Assembly: GCA_003524095.1 (NCBI GenBank)
Contig: DOEE01000003.1
Span: 89,171 to 153,170, forward strand
DNA length: 64,000 nt
Direction: 5' to 3'
Source: Clostridiales bacterium
GTDB taxonomy: Bacteria; Bacillota; Clostridia; Christensenellales; UBA1242
Position numbers and translations under genes: made by a program. Each line of letters starts with the position of its first letter. The stretch's first letter is position 1. This document shows, piece by piece, positions 27,278 through 36,737 of this stretch. A model generated the notes under the pieces. It was not told the DNA's origin and made no database searches. It worked only from the letters and a program-made list of their open reading frames with translations.

Positions 27278-28376
27278 ATGATACTTAATGACCAAAAAGA
27301 AAGATTACAAAAAATCGTCGGCAATTTAAAAATAATTGCCGACTGTCTTTGACGAAGAAAAATTAGTAAAAGAGTTGAGTGAAAAAAAGGAAGAGAGTTT
27401 GAAACCCGAAGTGTATTCAAATCCAAGCCTTTGTGGGACACTCAACAAATCTATCAAAAAAATCGAGTTTGAATTAGAAAAACTTGCTTCGTCACGAAAA
27501 AAGATAAGTGATATATCTGACTATATAGATTTGACCGAAATGGAAGGCGACGAGAGTATGGTTTCGGATATTGATTCATCTATTGATTCACTTGAAAAAG
27601 AAATTAATGAGTTGTATCTTGAGACTTTGCTTTCGGGAGATTATGACTTAAATAATGCTTATGTCAAAATACATAGCGGTGCGGGCGGAACAGAGGCCTG
27701 TGACTGGGCGGGAATGCTTCAAAGAATGTATCAAATGTTCGCTGACAAAAATGGATTTAAGTGGTCGATAACTGACAAGATTGATGGCGATGGTGCGGGA
27801 GTCAAAAGTGTTACACTCAAAGTTGTTGGCGACAATGCTTATGGCTATCTAAAGAGTGAAATGGGTGTGCATAGACTAGTAAGAATTAGTCCTTTTGATG
27901 CTAACAAACGAAGACATACTAGTTTTGCATCTGTCGAAGTTATGCCCGAAATTAATCAAGATGTCGAAATCGAAATTCGTCCAGAAGATTTGAAGGTAGA
28001 CGTTTATCGTTCGGGTGGCGCTGGCGGTCAACACGTAAATACTACAGATAGTGCAGTTAGAATTACCCACTTGCCGACTGGCATAATTGTTGCTTGTCAA
28101 CAAGAACGTTCTCAACTAAAGAATAGAGAAATGGCTATGGAAATGCTTAAGTCTAAGTTGCTAGCATTAGAACTAGACAAAAAGATGCAAGAAAGCCTAG
28201 CACTCAAAGGTGATGCCAAAAAGATTGAATGGGGAAGTCAAATTAGAAGTTATGTATTTTGTCCTTACACCATGGTCAAAGACCATAGAACGAACTATGA
28301 AACAAGTGATGTTTATGGAGTTATGGACGGAAATATTAAAGAATTCATATTTGAGTTTTTGAAATTAATTAACTAA
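27278..28376 (+). CDS. prfB: peptide chain release factor 2, with programmed +1 frameshift at 27347-27353
   Basis: ORF0 runs from ATG 27278 ([24 protein letters not shown]) and ends at CTT TGA C. The +1 frame continues DEEKLVKEL... and contains SPF and GGQ ([18 protein letters not shown]). Confidence 0.92.
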
Positions 28377-28400
28377 AGAAAGTGCTTTAAGAAGGTAAAA

Positions 28401-29495
28401 ATGTACAAAGATATTGCAAAGGCAAAATTTAATAAACTATCGAAAGAGTATAAGTCAAGAGATATTCTGGTTTTGGGAATTGAAAGCAGTTGTGATGAAA
28501 CAAGTATTTCTATTGTCAAAAATGGCAGAGAGATTCTTTCTAACGTAGTTGCGACACAAATAGATATTCATGCTAGATTCGGTGGAGTTGTTCCCGAAGT
28601 TGCTAGTAGAAATCACTTGCTAGAGATTGATACTGTTCTCAAAAATGCTTTGGAACAAGCCGGCAAGACATTGCAAGACATTGATGCTATCGCTGTAACT
28701 TATGGCGCAGGACTGGTTGGGGCATTGATGGTTGGTGTTAACTATGCCAAAGCATTAGCTTTTTCTCTTGAAATTCCACTCATTGCAGTTAATCATATCA
28801 AAGGGCACATAAGTGCAAACTATTTGACAAACAAAGACCTACAACCACCTTTTGTGGCGCTTATTGTAAGTGGCGGACACACCGCACTTCTCAAAATCAA
28901 AGACTATGACAAATTTGATATGTTGGGCTCTACAACCGACGATGCTTTGGGGGAATGTTACGACAAGGTTGCAAAGTGTTTAGGTCTTGGCTATCCGGGT
29001 GGTGTCAAGATTGACAAAAGAGCCAAGGAAGGCAAAAATTCAATCAAGTTTATATCTCACGAAATTCTCCCTGGAACAAACGACTTTAGTTTTAGCGGTG
29101 TCAAAACTCAAATTATAAATTATGTTCACAAACTAAATCAAAATGGACAAGAAATTCCAGTAAACGATATTTGTGCATCTTTTCAAACTCAAGTAATTGA
29201 CGAAGTTGTCAAAAAGAGTATTAATGTGGCTCTCAAAGACAAAAGTAAGACCCTGGTTGTGGGTGGCGGAGTTTCGGCAAATTCATATTTGAGAGAAAAA
29301 CTCCAAGATGAAGCAAATTTGAGACATATTAAAGTATATTTTCCAAGCAATAGTTTGTCGGGAGACAATGGTGCAATGATTGCAAGTGAGGGTTATTTTC
29401 AGCTAATATCCGGCAAGGGGCTGGCAGGTTTGGATTTGACACCCGCTCCAAATATAAATCTTAAATGGGAAAGACGCAGAGAAAAAAACATTTAA
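28401..29495 (+). CDS. tsaD: tRNA N6-adenosine threonylcarbamoyltransferase
   Basis: LGIESSCDETS, HLEGH-like NHIKGH and VSGGHT. It has an N-terminal extension of about 22 aa relative to typical TsaD. Confidence 0.88.
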   Translation: MYKDIAKAKFNKLSKEYKSRDILVLGIESSCDETSISIVKNGREILSNVVATQIDIHARFGGVVPEVASRNHLLEIDTVLKNALEQAGKTLQDIDAIAVTYGAGLVGALMVGVNYAKALAFSLEIPLIAVNHIKGHISANYLTNKDLQPPFVALIVSGGHTALLKIKDYDKFDMLGSTTDDALGECYDKVAKCLGLGYPGGVKIDKRAKEGKNSIKFISHEILPGTNDFSFSGVKTQIINYVHKLNQNGQEIPVNDICASFQTQVIDEVVKKSINVALKDKSKTLVVGGGVSANSYLREKLQDEANLRHIKVYFPSNSLSGDNGAMIASEGYFQLISGKGLAGLDLTPAPNINLKWERRREKNI

Positions 29496-29550
29496 TTTTG
29501 AATAGTGATTTTAAATATAAAAGTCAATTGTAAGAAAAACTCAAATTAAA

Positions 29551-29586
29551 ATCAATTTCAAGTAAAAAATCAATTTCAAGTAAAAA
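29551..29586 (+). repeat. 18-nt tandem duplication (atcaatttcaagtaaaaa x2)
   Basis: Two exact adjacent copies in the tsaD/DegV intergenic region. Confidence 0.8.
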
Positions 29587-29599
29587 TAAAACGAAAACA

Positions 29600-29634
29600 A
29601 AAAAAAGATAAATCAAAAAATTTATCTTTTTTTT
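29600..29634. terminator. bidirectional terminator
   Basis: 9-bp stem AAGATAAAT/ATTTATCTT flanked by an A-run and T8, between convergent genes. Confidence 0.75.
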
Positions 29635-29743
29635 GTCAATTGTTATTTTGTAAAAAACAATATATCAAACATATTTATGTTAATTAAAAAATTTTGTATG
29701 GCTGAGTGCTTTAAATATTATATCGCATTAGTGCCAAACCAAA

Positions 29744-30580
29744 TTATTTATTTAAGAACAAAACACCTATGCAGTTTGGGCCACAGTGGCTAGAAATTGT
29801 GCCACCAGCAAGAGTATTGTGAATATATTTAAAGCCACGATTTTCTAGTTTTTCTGTTAGTATTTTTTCGGCTTCGGGCATTGGTGATGAGTGAGTAATG
29901 AATACATGCTCAAGAATTGGATTTGGATTGCTGTCTAACAAGTCATCAATATATTTATCAACTACTTTTGTCATATTTCCCATGTATTTTTTGCCAACAA
30001 TCATTCTGCCATCGGACAAAATAATTTGTGGTTTAATTTTGAGAATATTTGCTCCAAGTAATGCAAGAGCCGAACATCTTCCGCCTTTGTGTAGATAGTT
30101 TAGTCTTTCAAGTACAAAACTCGCTTCAACTTTTGGAGTTAGTGCTTGAAGGGTTTCAAATATTTCTTTGGCATCTTTGCCTTCGTCTATTAAATCCTTG
30201 CCTTTGATTGCAAGCAATGCAATTCCTGTTGACAAAGATTTGCTATCTACAACATAAACATTTTCCATTTCTTTGGCAACCATGCAGGCATTGTTGTATG
30301 CACTGCTAATAAGAGAACTCAAAGACACATGAACAATTGCATCATAATCTTTTTTGAGATTTTCAAAGTGAGTTTGGAATTGGTCAGGACTTACAGCCGA
30401 AGTTTTTGGAAGTTTTTTGGATTTGTCTACAAACTCAAAAATTTCCTTTGAAACTCCAAAATGGTCTTCAATGAGTTCGTCACCTAGATTTATAGTAAAT
30501 GGTGTAGTCTTAATATTGTATTTGTCAAGTAGTTCTTTTGGTAAATCAATTGTGCTTTCGGCAGATATAACTATTTTCAT
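29744..30580 (-). CDS. DegV family fatty-acid-binding protein
   Basis: Typical DegV start MKIVISAESTIDLP, with length and pattern (TSAVSP, GTGIALL) to match. Confidence 0.85.
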   Translation of the reverse strand: MKIVISAESTIDLPKELLDKYNIKTTPFTINLGDELIEDHFGVSKEIFEFVDKSKKLPKTSAVSPDQFQTHFENLKKDYDAIVHVSLSSLISSAYNNACMVAKEMENVYVVDSKSLSTGIALLAIKGKDLIDEGKDAKEIFETLQALTPKVEASFVLERLNYLHKGGRCSALALLGANILKIKPQIILSDGRMIVGKKYMGNMTKVVDKYIDDLLDSNPNPILEHVFITHSSPMPEAEKILTEKLENRGFKYIHNTLAGGTISSHCGPNCIGVLFLNK

Positions 30581-30764
30581 ATTTTTCTCCTAATTCTAAA
30601 ATTATTTTTTATATTTAATTTGTTTTTGTTAATTCAAAACGGAATCAAAAAGTTCTTTATTTTAATTCCTTAATTATTCTATTAAAAAAAATAAAAAAAT
30701 ACACCCTAATTAAACAAAATGCAATTCTACTCCTAAATTTGTCAATTCTACTGAAAAAAATGCA

Positions 30765-30783
30765 ACTCTCTTGACAAGAGAGT
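30765..30783. promoter_or_regulatory. 19-bp perfect palindrome ACTCTCTTG-A-CAAGAGAGT (candidate operator)
   Basis: It contains TTGACA and lies 65 nt upstream of the XRE gene. Two 10-nt direct repeats CAATTCTACT lie at 30722 and 30743, 21 bp apart. Confidence 0.45.
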
Positions 30784-30847
30784 GCTGTTATTTAGTTGTT
30801 AATCTTGTAATTTTGTGTTAAAATGGTTATGAAAATATAAAAGGGTA

Positions 30848-31432
30848 ATGATTATGACTAACGAAGATATTAAACATAATTTTTCGGAAAACTTAATTAA
30901 ACTTAGAAAAGCCAAAAATTTAACACAACTACAACTCGCCGAAAAGCTTAATTATTCGGACAAGGCAATTTCCAAATGGGAAGTGGGAAGCGTTCTTCCT
31001 GATGTTGAGACGCTACAACATATTGCCGAATTTTTTGTCATAACTGTTAATGATTTGATATATGCAAAAAAGAAAAATGTTCTCAAAGAATTTTACAAAA
31101 CACACTTGTTTATGACCCTTCTTGTAACTGTCAGCGTGTGGTTTGTGGCGACAATAATATTTTTTGTAATAGACAATGCAACTGCACTTTCTAGAACTTG
31201 GCTTACTTTTATTTACACTATCCCAGTTAATGCTATAGTTCTTACAATTTTCAGTGGGCTGTGGTTCAAAAAAATACATTTGTACTTATCCTTGACCGCG
31301 TTACTTTGGGGGATTATAGTTTGTATTTATCTCACTATCAACAATTACACTCTTTGGTTTATATTTGTAATTGGACTAATTGGTCAAGTGGTTTTGACTT
31401 GTGCAATGCCTTTCAAAAAACGAAATAAATAA
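30848..31432 (+). CDS. membrane-tethered XRE-family HTH regulator
   Basis: N-terminal HTH_3 (NLIKLRKAKNLTQLQLAEKLNYSDKAISKWE) followed by 4 TM helices. Paralog of 63179-63766. Confidence 0.8.
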   Translation: MIMTNEDIKHNFSENLIKLRKAKNLTQLQLAEKLNYSDKAISKWEVGSVLPDVETLQHIAEFFVITVNDLIYAKKKNVLKEFYKTHLFMTLLVTVSVWFVATIIFFVIDNATALSRTWLTFIYTIPVNAIVLTIFSGLWFKKIHLYLSLTALLWGIIVCIYLTINNYTLWFIFVIGLIGQVVLTCAMPFKKRNK

Positions 31433-31462
31433 AAAATTGGTTTTTGGAAAAATGGAGAAAAA

Positions 31463-32677
31463 ATGAAAATTTTAGAAACAAATGATTGGAAATATAAAAT
31501 TCCTTTTGATAATGTGACTTACAAAAATGTCAAAAGGTATAGCCTTATGCTTAATACTTACGAAAGAGAAATTATGAATAAACAAATTGATTTTTTCCGT
31601 AAGCATTTTTCTATCTTGCAGGTAATGGAACATTTTTCAAAACTCAAGACCAAATCGGACAAAGAGACTTTTATAAAGGCTGTTCTCAAAAGACAAAATA
31701 ATATTTACTTTCTTCCAAATACACTCAAAAGTTATATGCTTAAAAAGGCAAGAACGGAGTTTTCGGAGTACAAAGCTTTTTTTGAAATATTAATAAACAA
31801 AGCACTTAATCAAAAAAAGACTAACATAATAGTTCCATTATATAAATCGGTTCTCTTGGATTTTTATCCAAATGTAATTAGACTCATAAACAAATATCGA
31901 AAGCAAAAAGAAATTCCAACTAGCAAAAAAATGCTTAAACCCGAGGCTATAGAGTATTACGCTAGAGATTTAATTCATGAGTTGCAATTTGACTATAAGT
32001 TATCTCAAGTTTATGGAAGAAGTTCAATTAGACGTAGTGTTCCAATTTCGATTGTTGATGATTATGGCTATGGTGAATGGATAAGCAAAAACGTAACTTA
32101 TAATAACAATAGATTCTTTATTTATTCAAATCATCAAAGACTTACAGATGTTGAACTTAGGCATATGGTTTACTTTAATGTCTATCCGGGATATGCACAC
32201 TTTTATAATACCGTTGCTGATGATAAGACCAAAAATACTTGTTTTGACAACGGGGCTACACTAATTTTGAATGGCTGGGCGTTGTATGCTATGTGTCGTA
32301 ACAAAAATACAGCATATTCTCAAAACTTCTTGATTGAAGGCACGAATATTGCTCATATGTTGCTTAAATCTAATTTGGAAAAGGCATATGAAAGCGTCTA
32401 TGTATATTTACTTGGAAAATATCCAAAATCAAAGGCGATAGATTATATGCTAGACTACACTCAAAAACCGGGGCATTATTTGAGTTATGTTTTGGGAGAA
32501 CTATCAATTGAAACCGCTTTTTCAAAAGGCTTTGCCAGCACTCCAATTGAATTTTTGAATAATCTTAAGCAAATTAATATAGGCGATTATATTTGTTTGT
32601 ACTGTCCAAAGAAACAAAAGAAAATCGGAAAGAAAATAATTACTAGTAGAGTGGTGGATAAATTTTTTAAAGTATAA
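31463..32677 (+). CDS. hypothetical protein, remote DUF885-like
   Basis: YPGYAHFYN, NGWALYAM and YTQKPGHYLSYVLG resemble DUF885 blocks (HE..PGH, EGWA.Y, PGQA..Y..G), but the His/Glu positions are not conserved. Confidence 0.35.
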   Translation: MKILETNDWKYKIPFDNVTYKNVKRYSLMLNTYEREIMNKQIDFFRKHFSILQVMEHFSKLKTKSDKETFIKAVLKRQNNIYFLPNTLKSYMLKKARTEFSEYKAFFEILINKALNQKKTNIIVPLYKSVLLDFYPNVIRLINKYRKQKEIPTSKKMLKPEAIEYYARDLIHELQFDYKLSQVYGRSSIRRSVPISIVDDYGYGEWISKNVTYNNNRFFIYSNHQRLTDVELRHMVYFNVYPGYAHFYNTVADDKTKNTCFDNGATLILNGWALYAMCRNKNTAYSQNFLIEGTNIAHMLLKSNLEKAYESVYVYLLGKYPKSKAIDYMLDYTQKPGHYLSYVLGELSIETAFSKGFASTPIEFLNNLKQINIGDYICLYCPKKQKKIGKKIITSRVVDKFFKV

Positions 32678-32750
32678 CTAATGGATTTTAAACTTTTAAA
32701 TTAAAAGTTTGTGCATATTAGATAATTTAATAAGTTTTTAAATATTAAGT

Positions 32751-32808
32751 AAAAAATAATGAATTAAAAAGTAGATTTTTGTTACTTTTTCAATTCATTA
32801 TTTTTTTT
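32751..32808. terminator. long bidirectional terminator hairpin
   Basis: TAATGAATT/AATTCATTA plus AAAAGTA/TACTTTT stems, flanked by A6 and T8. Confidence 0.7.
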
Positions 32809-32836
32809 GTAAATACATTTTTATGTTTATTAAATT

Positions 32837-33646
32837 CTACAATTCTTTCGTGCTATCTATTTCAAAATTTTTGTCAAATTTTTGATAATTTCCATCAAGA
32901 TTACATGCAAAAACATAATTCTTACTAAATCTAATTTTGGGGTCATGTTTTTTAAGTATTGGTGCCCAGTTTTTGGTGAGGCCTTGTGGGGCATCGCATC
33001 CGCACAGTTTCAAAAAGTATGGTTTTTTTGCAACCGCACAACTAGCAACAATTGGTTCAATAGCAGAGCAGGGTTTGTTGCCTATAATCAAGTCATAATC
33101 GTTGACATTATCAAGTGGGTGGTTGAAGTATCTGTCTAGCGGGTTTATATTTAGGTTTTTTAGGGTTTCGTCAGATAATACAAATCTATCCATTGAAGTT
33201 AGATTATCAAAATCTTGCGCAAGGACTATCGAAGAATAAGGGACTCTTCCGCTTCCAACTTCCAAAATTTTTGGCTTGTTAGAACCTATATAATGTTCAA
33301 CAACTTTGACAAAGTCTTCTTGTTCTCGTCTATAATAATCCATAAATGAATTGTTAATAATGCCCAAATCGCATGCGAGTTTGTTGGCTGTGTTGAGTAG
33401 TGCTATTGAATCGTGTTTAGAAATATTTCCCGATGAATCTCTGTCTACTCCAATTGTAAAATATTCTATATTTTCTTTTACAAAATCTCTAAAGTCAAAT
33501 TTGTTATGTTCAAAAAACTCGCTGTACTTCGTAAATTCCAAACTCGTATAAACCTTAAAAAGATGTTCAATATCATACTTTCCATAAAAACCATAATCAT
33601 GGTCTTCGAGTTCTTTTTTTAGTGTTAAATAAGTTATTGTTTTCAT
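32837..33646 (-). CDS. hypothetical protein with Rossmann/SAM-MTase-like glycine motif
   Basis: KILEVGSGR resembles methyltransferase motif I. ATG 33646 (MKTITYL) is preferred over GTG 33661 because of the consensus promoter just upstream. Confidence 0.45.
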   Translation of the reverse strand: MKTITYLTLKKELEDHDYGFYGKYDIEHLFKVYTSLEFTKYSEFFEHNKFDFRDFVKENIEYFTIGVDRDSSGNISKHDSIALLNTANKLACDLGIINNSFMDYYRREQEDFVKVVEHYIGSNKPKILEVGSGRVPYSSIVLAQDFDNLTSMDRFVLSDETLKNLNINPLDRYFNHPLDNVNDYDLIIGNKPCSAIEPIVASCAVAKKPYFLKLCGCDAPQGLTKNWAPILKKHDPKIRFSKNYVFACNLDGNYQKFDKNFEIDSTKEL

Positions 33647-33671
33647 TTTCCCAATCCCCACGTCTTTTTAA

Positions 33672-33700
33672 ATTATACTCCAGCATTGGCCAAAAGTCAA
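33672..33700 (-). promoter_or_regulatory. consensus sigma-A promoter TTGACT-17-TATAAT
   Basis: Read on the minus strand: TTGACT tttggccaatgctggag TATAAT, about 25 nt upstream of ATG 33646. Confidence 0.7.
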
Positions 33701-33819
33701 TAGCCACCAATTGATATAACTCAAGAAAGATGAATAAAAAGTTTTTATAAAAAGATTGCTTATTTTGGAATTTTGACAAAAGCGACGACAACAAGCGGTT
33801 TTATGCTTATAAACAAAAG

Positions 33820-34038
33820 TTATCCACATTTGCACAACTAAATTTTTATAAATTTTTGCGTATATTTATTAAAAAGTGTATAATTTTTCATAAAAATGTA
33901 TAAAATCGGGTAAAAAGTAGCGAAGTTATCCACTTATCCACATAAAACATGTGATTTATGCACAGTGTTAGTTTGAAAAAGTTTCTAAAAGTGATGTAAA
34001 AAATGGCTAAATGTGGATAACTCAAAAAGTTATCCACA
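33820..34038. promoter_or_regulatory. DnaA-box cluster (6 boxes)
   Basis: TTATCCACA at 33820, 33934 and 34030. TTATCCACT at 33926. TTATGCACA at 33956. TGTGGATAA (reverse orientation) at 34012. AT-rich tracts lie in between. Confidence 0.8.
33856..33884 (+). promoter_or_regulatory. candidate promoter TTGCGT-17-(TG)TATAAT reading into the DnaA boxes
   Basis: An extended -10 (gTGtATAAT) was counted directly. No plausible ORF lies downstream before the antisense VanW 3' end. Confidence 0.4.
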
Positions 34039-34128
34039 TAAGAATTCAAAAAAATCGCATATAATCACGGTCTTAACATTGTTTTTGTAATGTATAAAAT
34101 TATGGTTATATGCAATATTTTTCAACTT

Positions 34129-35595
34129 TTATTCATAAACGATTCTGACGCCACTATCTATAGGTTCAATTCCTGCTGGCAAATCTTCGCACCCTTCAAT
34201 TACAACTCCACGTTGTGGGCTATAGATTTCGTGACGAATTAATGTTTCGTCTATCATTTTGTCACCCATATATCTTTGAAGATATGCTTTGGCAACATAT
34301 CCGTCTTTTGGATAACTTACCCTAAAGTACTCACCTTTGAATAATACTTTGCTTGTGTATTTTTTGTCGGTATCTAGGATAACTTTGTCGCCAGTTGATT
34401 TTAGTGTTTCAATGGTTTCGCTTCTTGTTTTGTAAGTGTAGTCGGGAGTGTGTGAGAAAATATCTACCGAAACACTATTTTTGTCCGAATAAGTTTTGAT
34501 ATAAATAGGATAATCAGAAGTGTTTGTAAACTTTAAATCGGCAGTATATTCAGCAACCATTGCATCAAGTCCGAGTGGAACATATTTAACAGGAAGGGTG
34601 TGCTTGTGAACTTCGTCAATTTGAACTCCGCTAAGTAGCAAAGCATTATATAATGTCGTGCTTGCCTGACAAATTCCACCGCCAATGCCTTCAGTAAACT
34701 CTCCGTTGTATATAATTGTTGCAGGCTTGTATCCATTTTGTGTGGTGTGTTCTCCAATTATTTCATTGAATGAAACGGATTGTTTTGGCGCTACGACAAA
34801 ACCATTAAATTTGGATAATGCGAGTTTTACGTTGTGTTTTCTGCCACCAGTGCTGTCTGCTACTTTGGTTGAAAATGTTGCTATTTTCTGTGTTAAACTA
34901 ATATTATATTCTTTGGTGGTTGTAGGAACTTCTTCTATATAGTCAAGAGTTACATTTATTTTGTTTGAAGTCAAAAATTGTTCGTTAATATCTCTATATA
35001 ATTTTTGTTTGTTGACGCGTTTGCCATTTTCGCTGTCGCTAATTTCAAATGGGTTTTGACTATCTGGCATAAATGTGATGACGCTTGAAATTGGGTCTTT
35101 TTCAACTTCGTCTAATATTTTTTCGATTTTTTCGTCCAGTCCTGTGAAGATATAATTGAAAGATACGTTTATCGAACCGCCCTTTTTGTTAAACTGAGAC
35201 AAAAAATCCAAGTCATTATCCAAGTTGTTTTTGAGTTCATTTTCGTCTTGACTTGCTTCCAAGATTGTATGAATATCTGAGTTTACTTTCAAGTCGTTTT
35301 TGTCAAAAGTCCAAGTTTTGTCACTCTCTCTATCTTTGATGGATAATTCAAAGTCCTCGGCTTTTTCTTGAAAGTTACTGAGCAAGACAACTTTGGCTTC
35401 GTCTTTTGACATGCCAGAAAGATTAAGCCCATTAATTACAGTTCCATTGTGCAAAGTCTTGTTGGTGTTCTTGTCTAAAATCAAAAATTGACCAATAATA
35501 ATGGCAGTTATTGCTAGTGTGCAAAGCGTAAGTACTGCCAAAACTTTATTGGTCTTTTGTTTTGATGTTTTTGTGGCAACCATTGTCTTTTTCAT
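34129..35595 (-). CDS. VanW family protein
   Basis: N-terminal TM helix. VanW core GGGICQASTTLYNA. SD GGGAG before ATG 35595 (the ORF-track TTG at 35607 is less likely). Confidence 0.85.
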   Translation of the reverse strand: MKKTMVATKTSKQKTNKVLAVLTLCTLAITAIIIGQFLILDKNTNKTLHNGTVINGLNLSGMSKDEAKVVLLSNFQEKAEDFELSIKDRESDKTWTFDKNDLKVNSDIHTILEASQDENELKNNLDNDLDFLSQFNKKGGSINVSFNYIFTGLDEKIEKILDEVEKDPISSVITFMPDSQNPFEISDSENGKRVNKQKLYRDINEQFLTSNKINVTLDYIEEVPTTTKEYNISLTQKIATFSTKVADSTGGRKHNVKLALSKFNGFVVAPKQSVSFNEIIGEHTTQNGYKPATIIYNGEFTEGIGGGICQASTTLYNALLLSGVQIDEVHKHTLPVKYVPLGLDAMVAEYTADLKFTNTSDYPIYIKTYSDKNSVSVDIFSHTPDYTYKTRSETIETLKSTGDKVILDTDKKYTSKVLFKGEYFRVSYPKDGYVAKAYLQRYMGDKMIDETLIRHEIYSPQRGVVIEGCEDLPAGIEPIDSGVRIVYE

Positions 35596-35705
35596 AATAA
35601 CTCCCAAAGTAAAATATAATTACCTTAGTTTGCCACTAAAACTATTTAAATATTCTAATAAATTTAGCCAAGTTGAGACTAGATTGACGAAATAAATTTC
35701 AAACC

Positions 35706-36737
35706 TTATCTTAGTTTGTACAAATATTTTCCGTTGAAATATGAGCCTTCTTCTTCTTCAACAATAACACAAGTTCTCTCTATATCGTTGTAGATTAAAT
35801 CATTGTAATTAATGTAACTTACAAGAGTGGAGTAAATAAGCATAAGTGTTTCTTGAATGTTTATATCCAAATAGAATAATCTTTCGGTGTAAGTTACAAT
35901 ATTTTTAATGCATTGTTCTTCGTTTAACTTAAGTGCTGTCTCAGTTCGGACATTATCATAAGGAATGTCTAGGCATAAACAATAGTCTTTGATAAGTTGC
36001 ATTATATCTATTGCAAGTCTATTGCTAAGATACTTTTTGGTCTCAACTTCACCCAAATCTTGAGCACGTTCTAGTTGACCTAATTTGCTTAGATATTCTT
36101 CACGTCGTAGTTTGTTTGTAAACATTTCCATTTGTTCCGTTTTTGCTTTGAGTTCAAATAAAATTGCACTTTTTCTTTCGCCAGCAGTAGGGGTAATAAT
36201 TTTGAAATCCTTGTTTTTCTTTTCCTTTAAAACATTAATTCCACGCAAAAATTTGCGTTCTCTAAAACTTATTTCACTTGGCGCATAAAAAGTAATAGGC
36301 GCACAGTTTGTAGCACCCATGAATGGGAAATTTTTGTTTGGTTTTAATTTTAAGTTCCAACAAACAAATGCTGACAAATTTATTCCGCTAGTTAGACAAA
36401 GAATAGTTGCATCATCATTATATTTTTCTATAATGTTCTCAATTGCGTCAATATTTCTTTGGAGAGCGTCCTTCCATTCTTCGCCCTCAACACTTCCAAC
36501 TTCATTAAATCTTTCTTCTTCAATAATTGGAACATTCAAAGTTCTGTTAATTATTTGAGCGGTCTTTTTGCAACGATAAAAATTTGATGTGTATATAGCA
36601 TCAATTTTTTGATTGGCAAGAATTTCTCCAACCAACTCTGCATCTTTGATTCCGTTCTCGGTTAAGTCGTCATCTTGGCTTCTTAATTTTTTTGGATTAA
36701 CGTCTCTTTGTGCGTGGTGACAATATATTATTTTCAT
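35706..36737 (-). CDS. histidine-phosphatase-superfamily-like protein with an uncharacterised C-terminal domain
   Basis: N-terminal IIYCHHAQRD aligns with the RHG motif region (Arg replaced by His), and DAIYTSNFYRCKKTA matches the family pattern. The start overlaps the cca stop (ATGA). Confidence 0.4.
   Translation of the reverse strand: MKIIYCHHAQRDVNPKKLRSQDDDLTENGIKDAELVGEILANQKIDAIYTSNFYRCKKTAQIINRTLNVPIIEEERFNEVGSVEGEEWKDALQRNIDAIENIIEKYNDDATILCLTSGINLSAFVCWNLKLKPNKNFPFMGATNCAPITFYAPSEISFRERKFLRGINVLKEKKNKDFKIITPTAGERKSAILFELKAKTEQMEMFTNKLRREEYLSKLGQLERAQDLGEVETKKYLSNRLAIDIMQLIKDYCLCLDIPYDNVRTETALKLNEEQCIKNIVTYTERLFYLDINIQETLMLIYSTLVSYINYNDLIYNDIERTCVIVEEEEGSYFNGKYLYKLR

Noticed and set aside
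29600-29634. Similarity between this terminator and the one at 43022-43057 (shared AAAAGATAAATCAAAA...TTTATCTTTTTTT), considered as a dispersed mobile repeat.
   Set aside because: The shared part is short, AT-rich and confined to the stem and U-tract, and the flanks are unrelated. This is most simply two similar intrinsic terminators. A genome-wide count would be needed to argue otherwise.
33820-34038. The DnaA-box cluster as the chromosomal replication origin.
   Set aside because: No dnaA, dnaN or rpmH lies nearby. Genes on both sides are predominantly on the + strand, so there is no leading-strand switch at this point. It is kept as a DnaA-box cluster finding instead.
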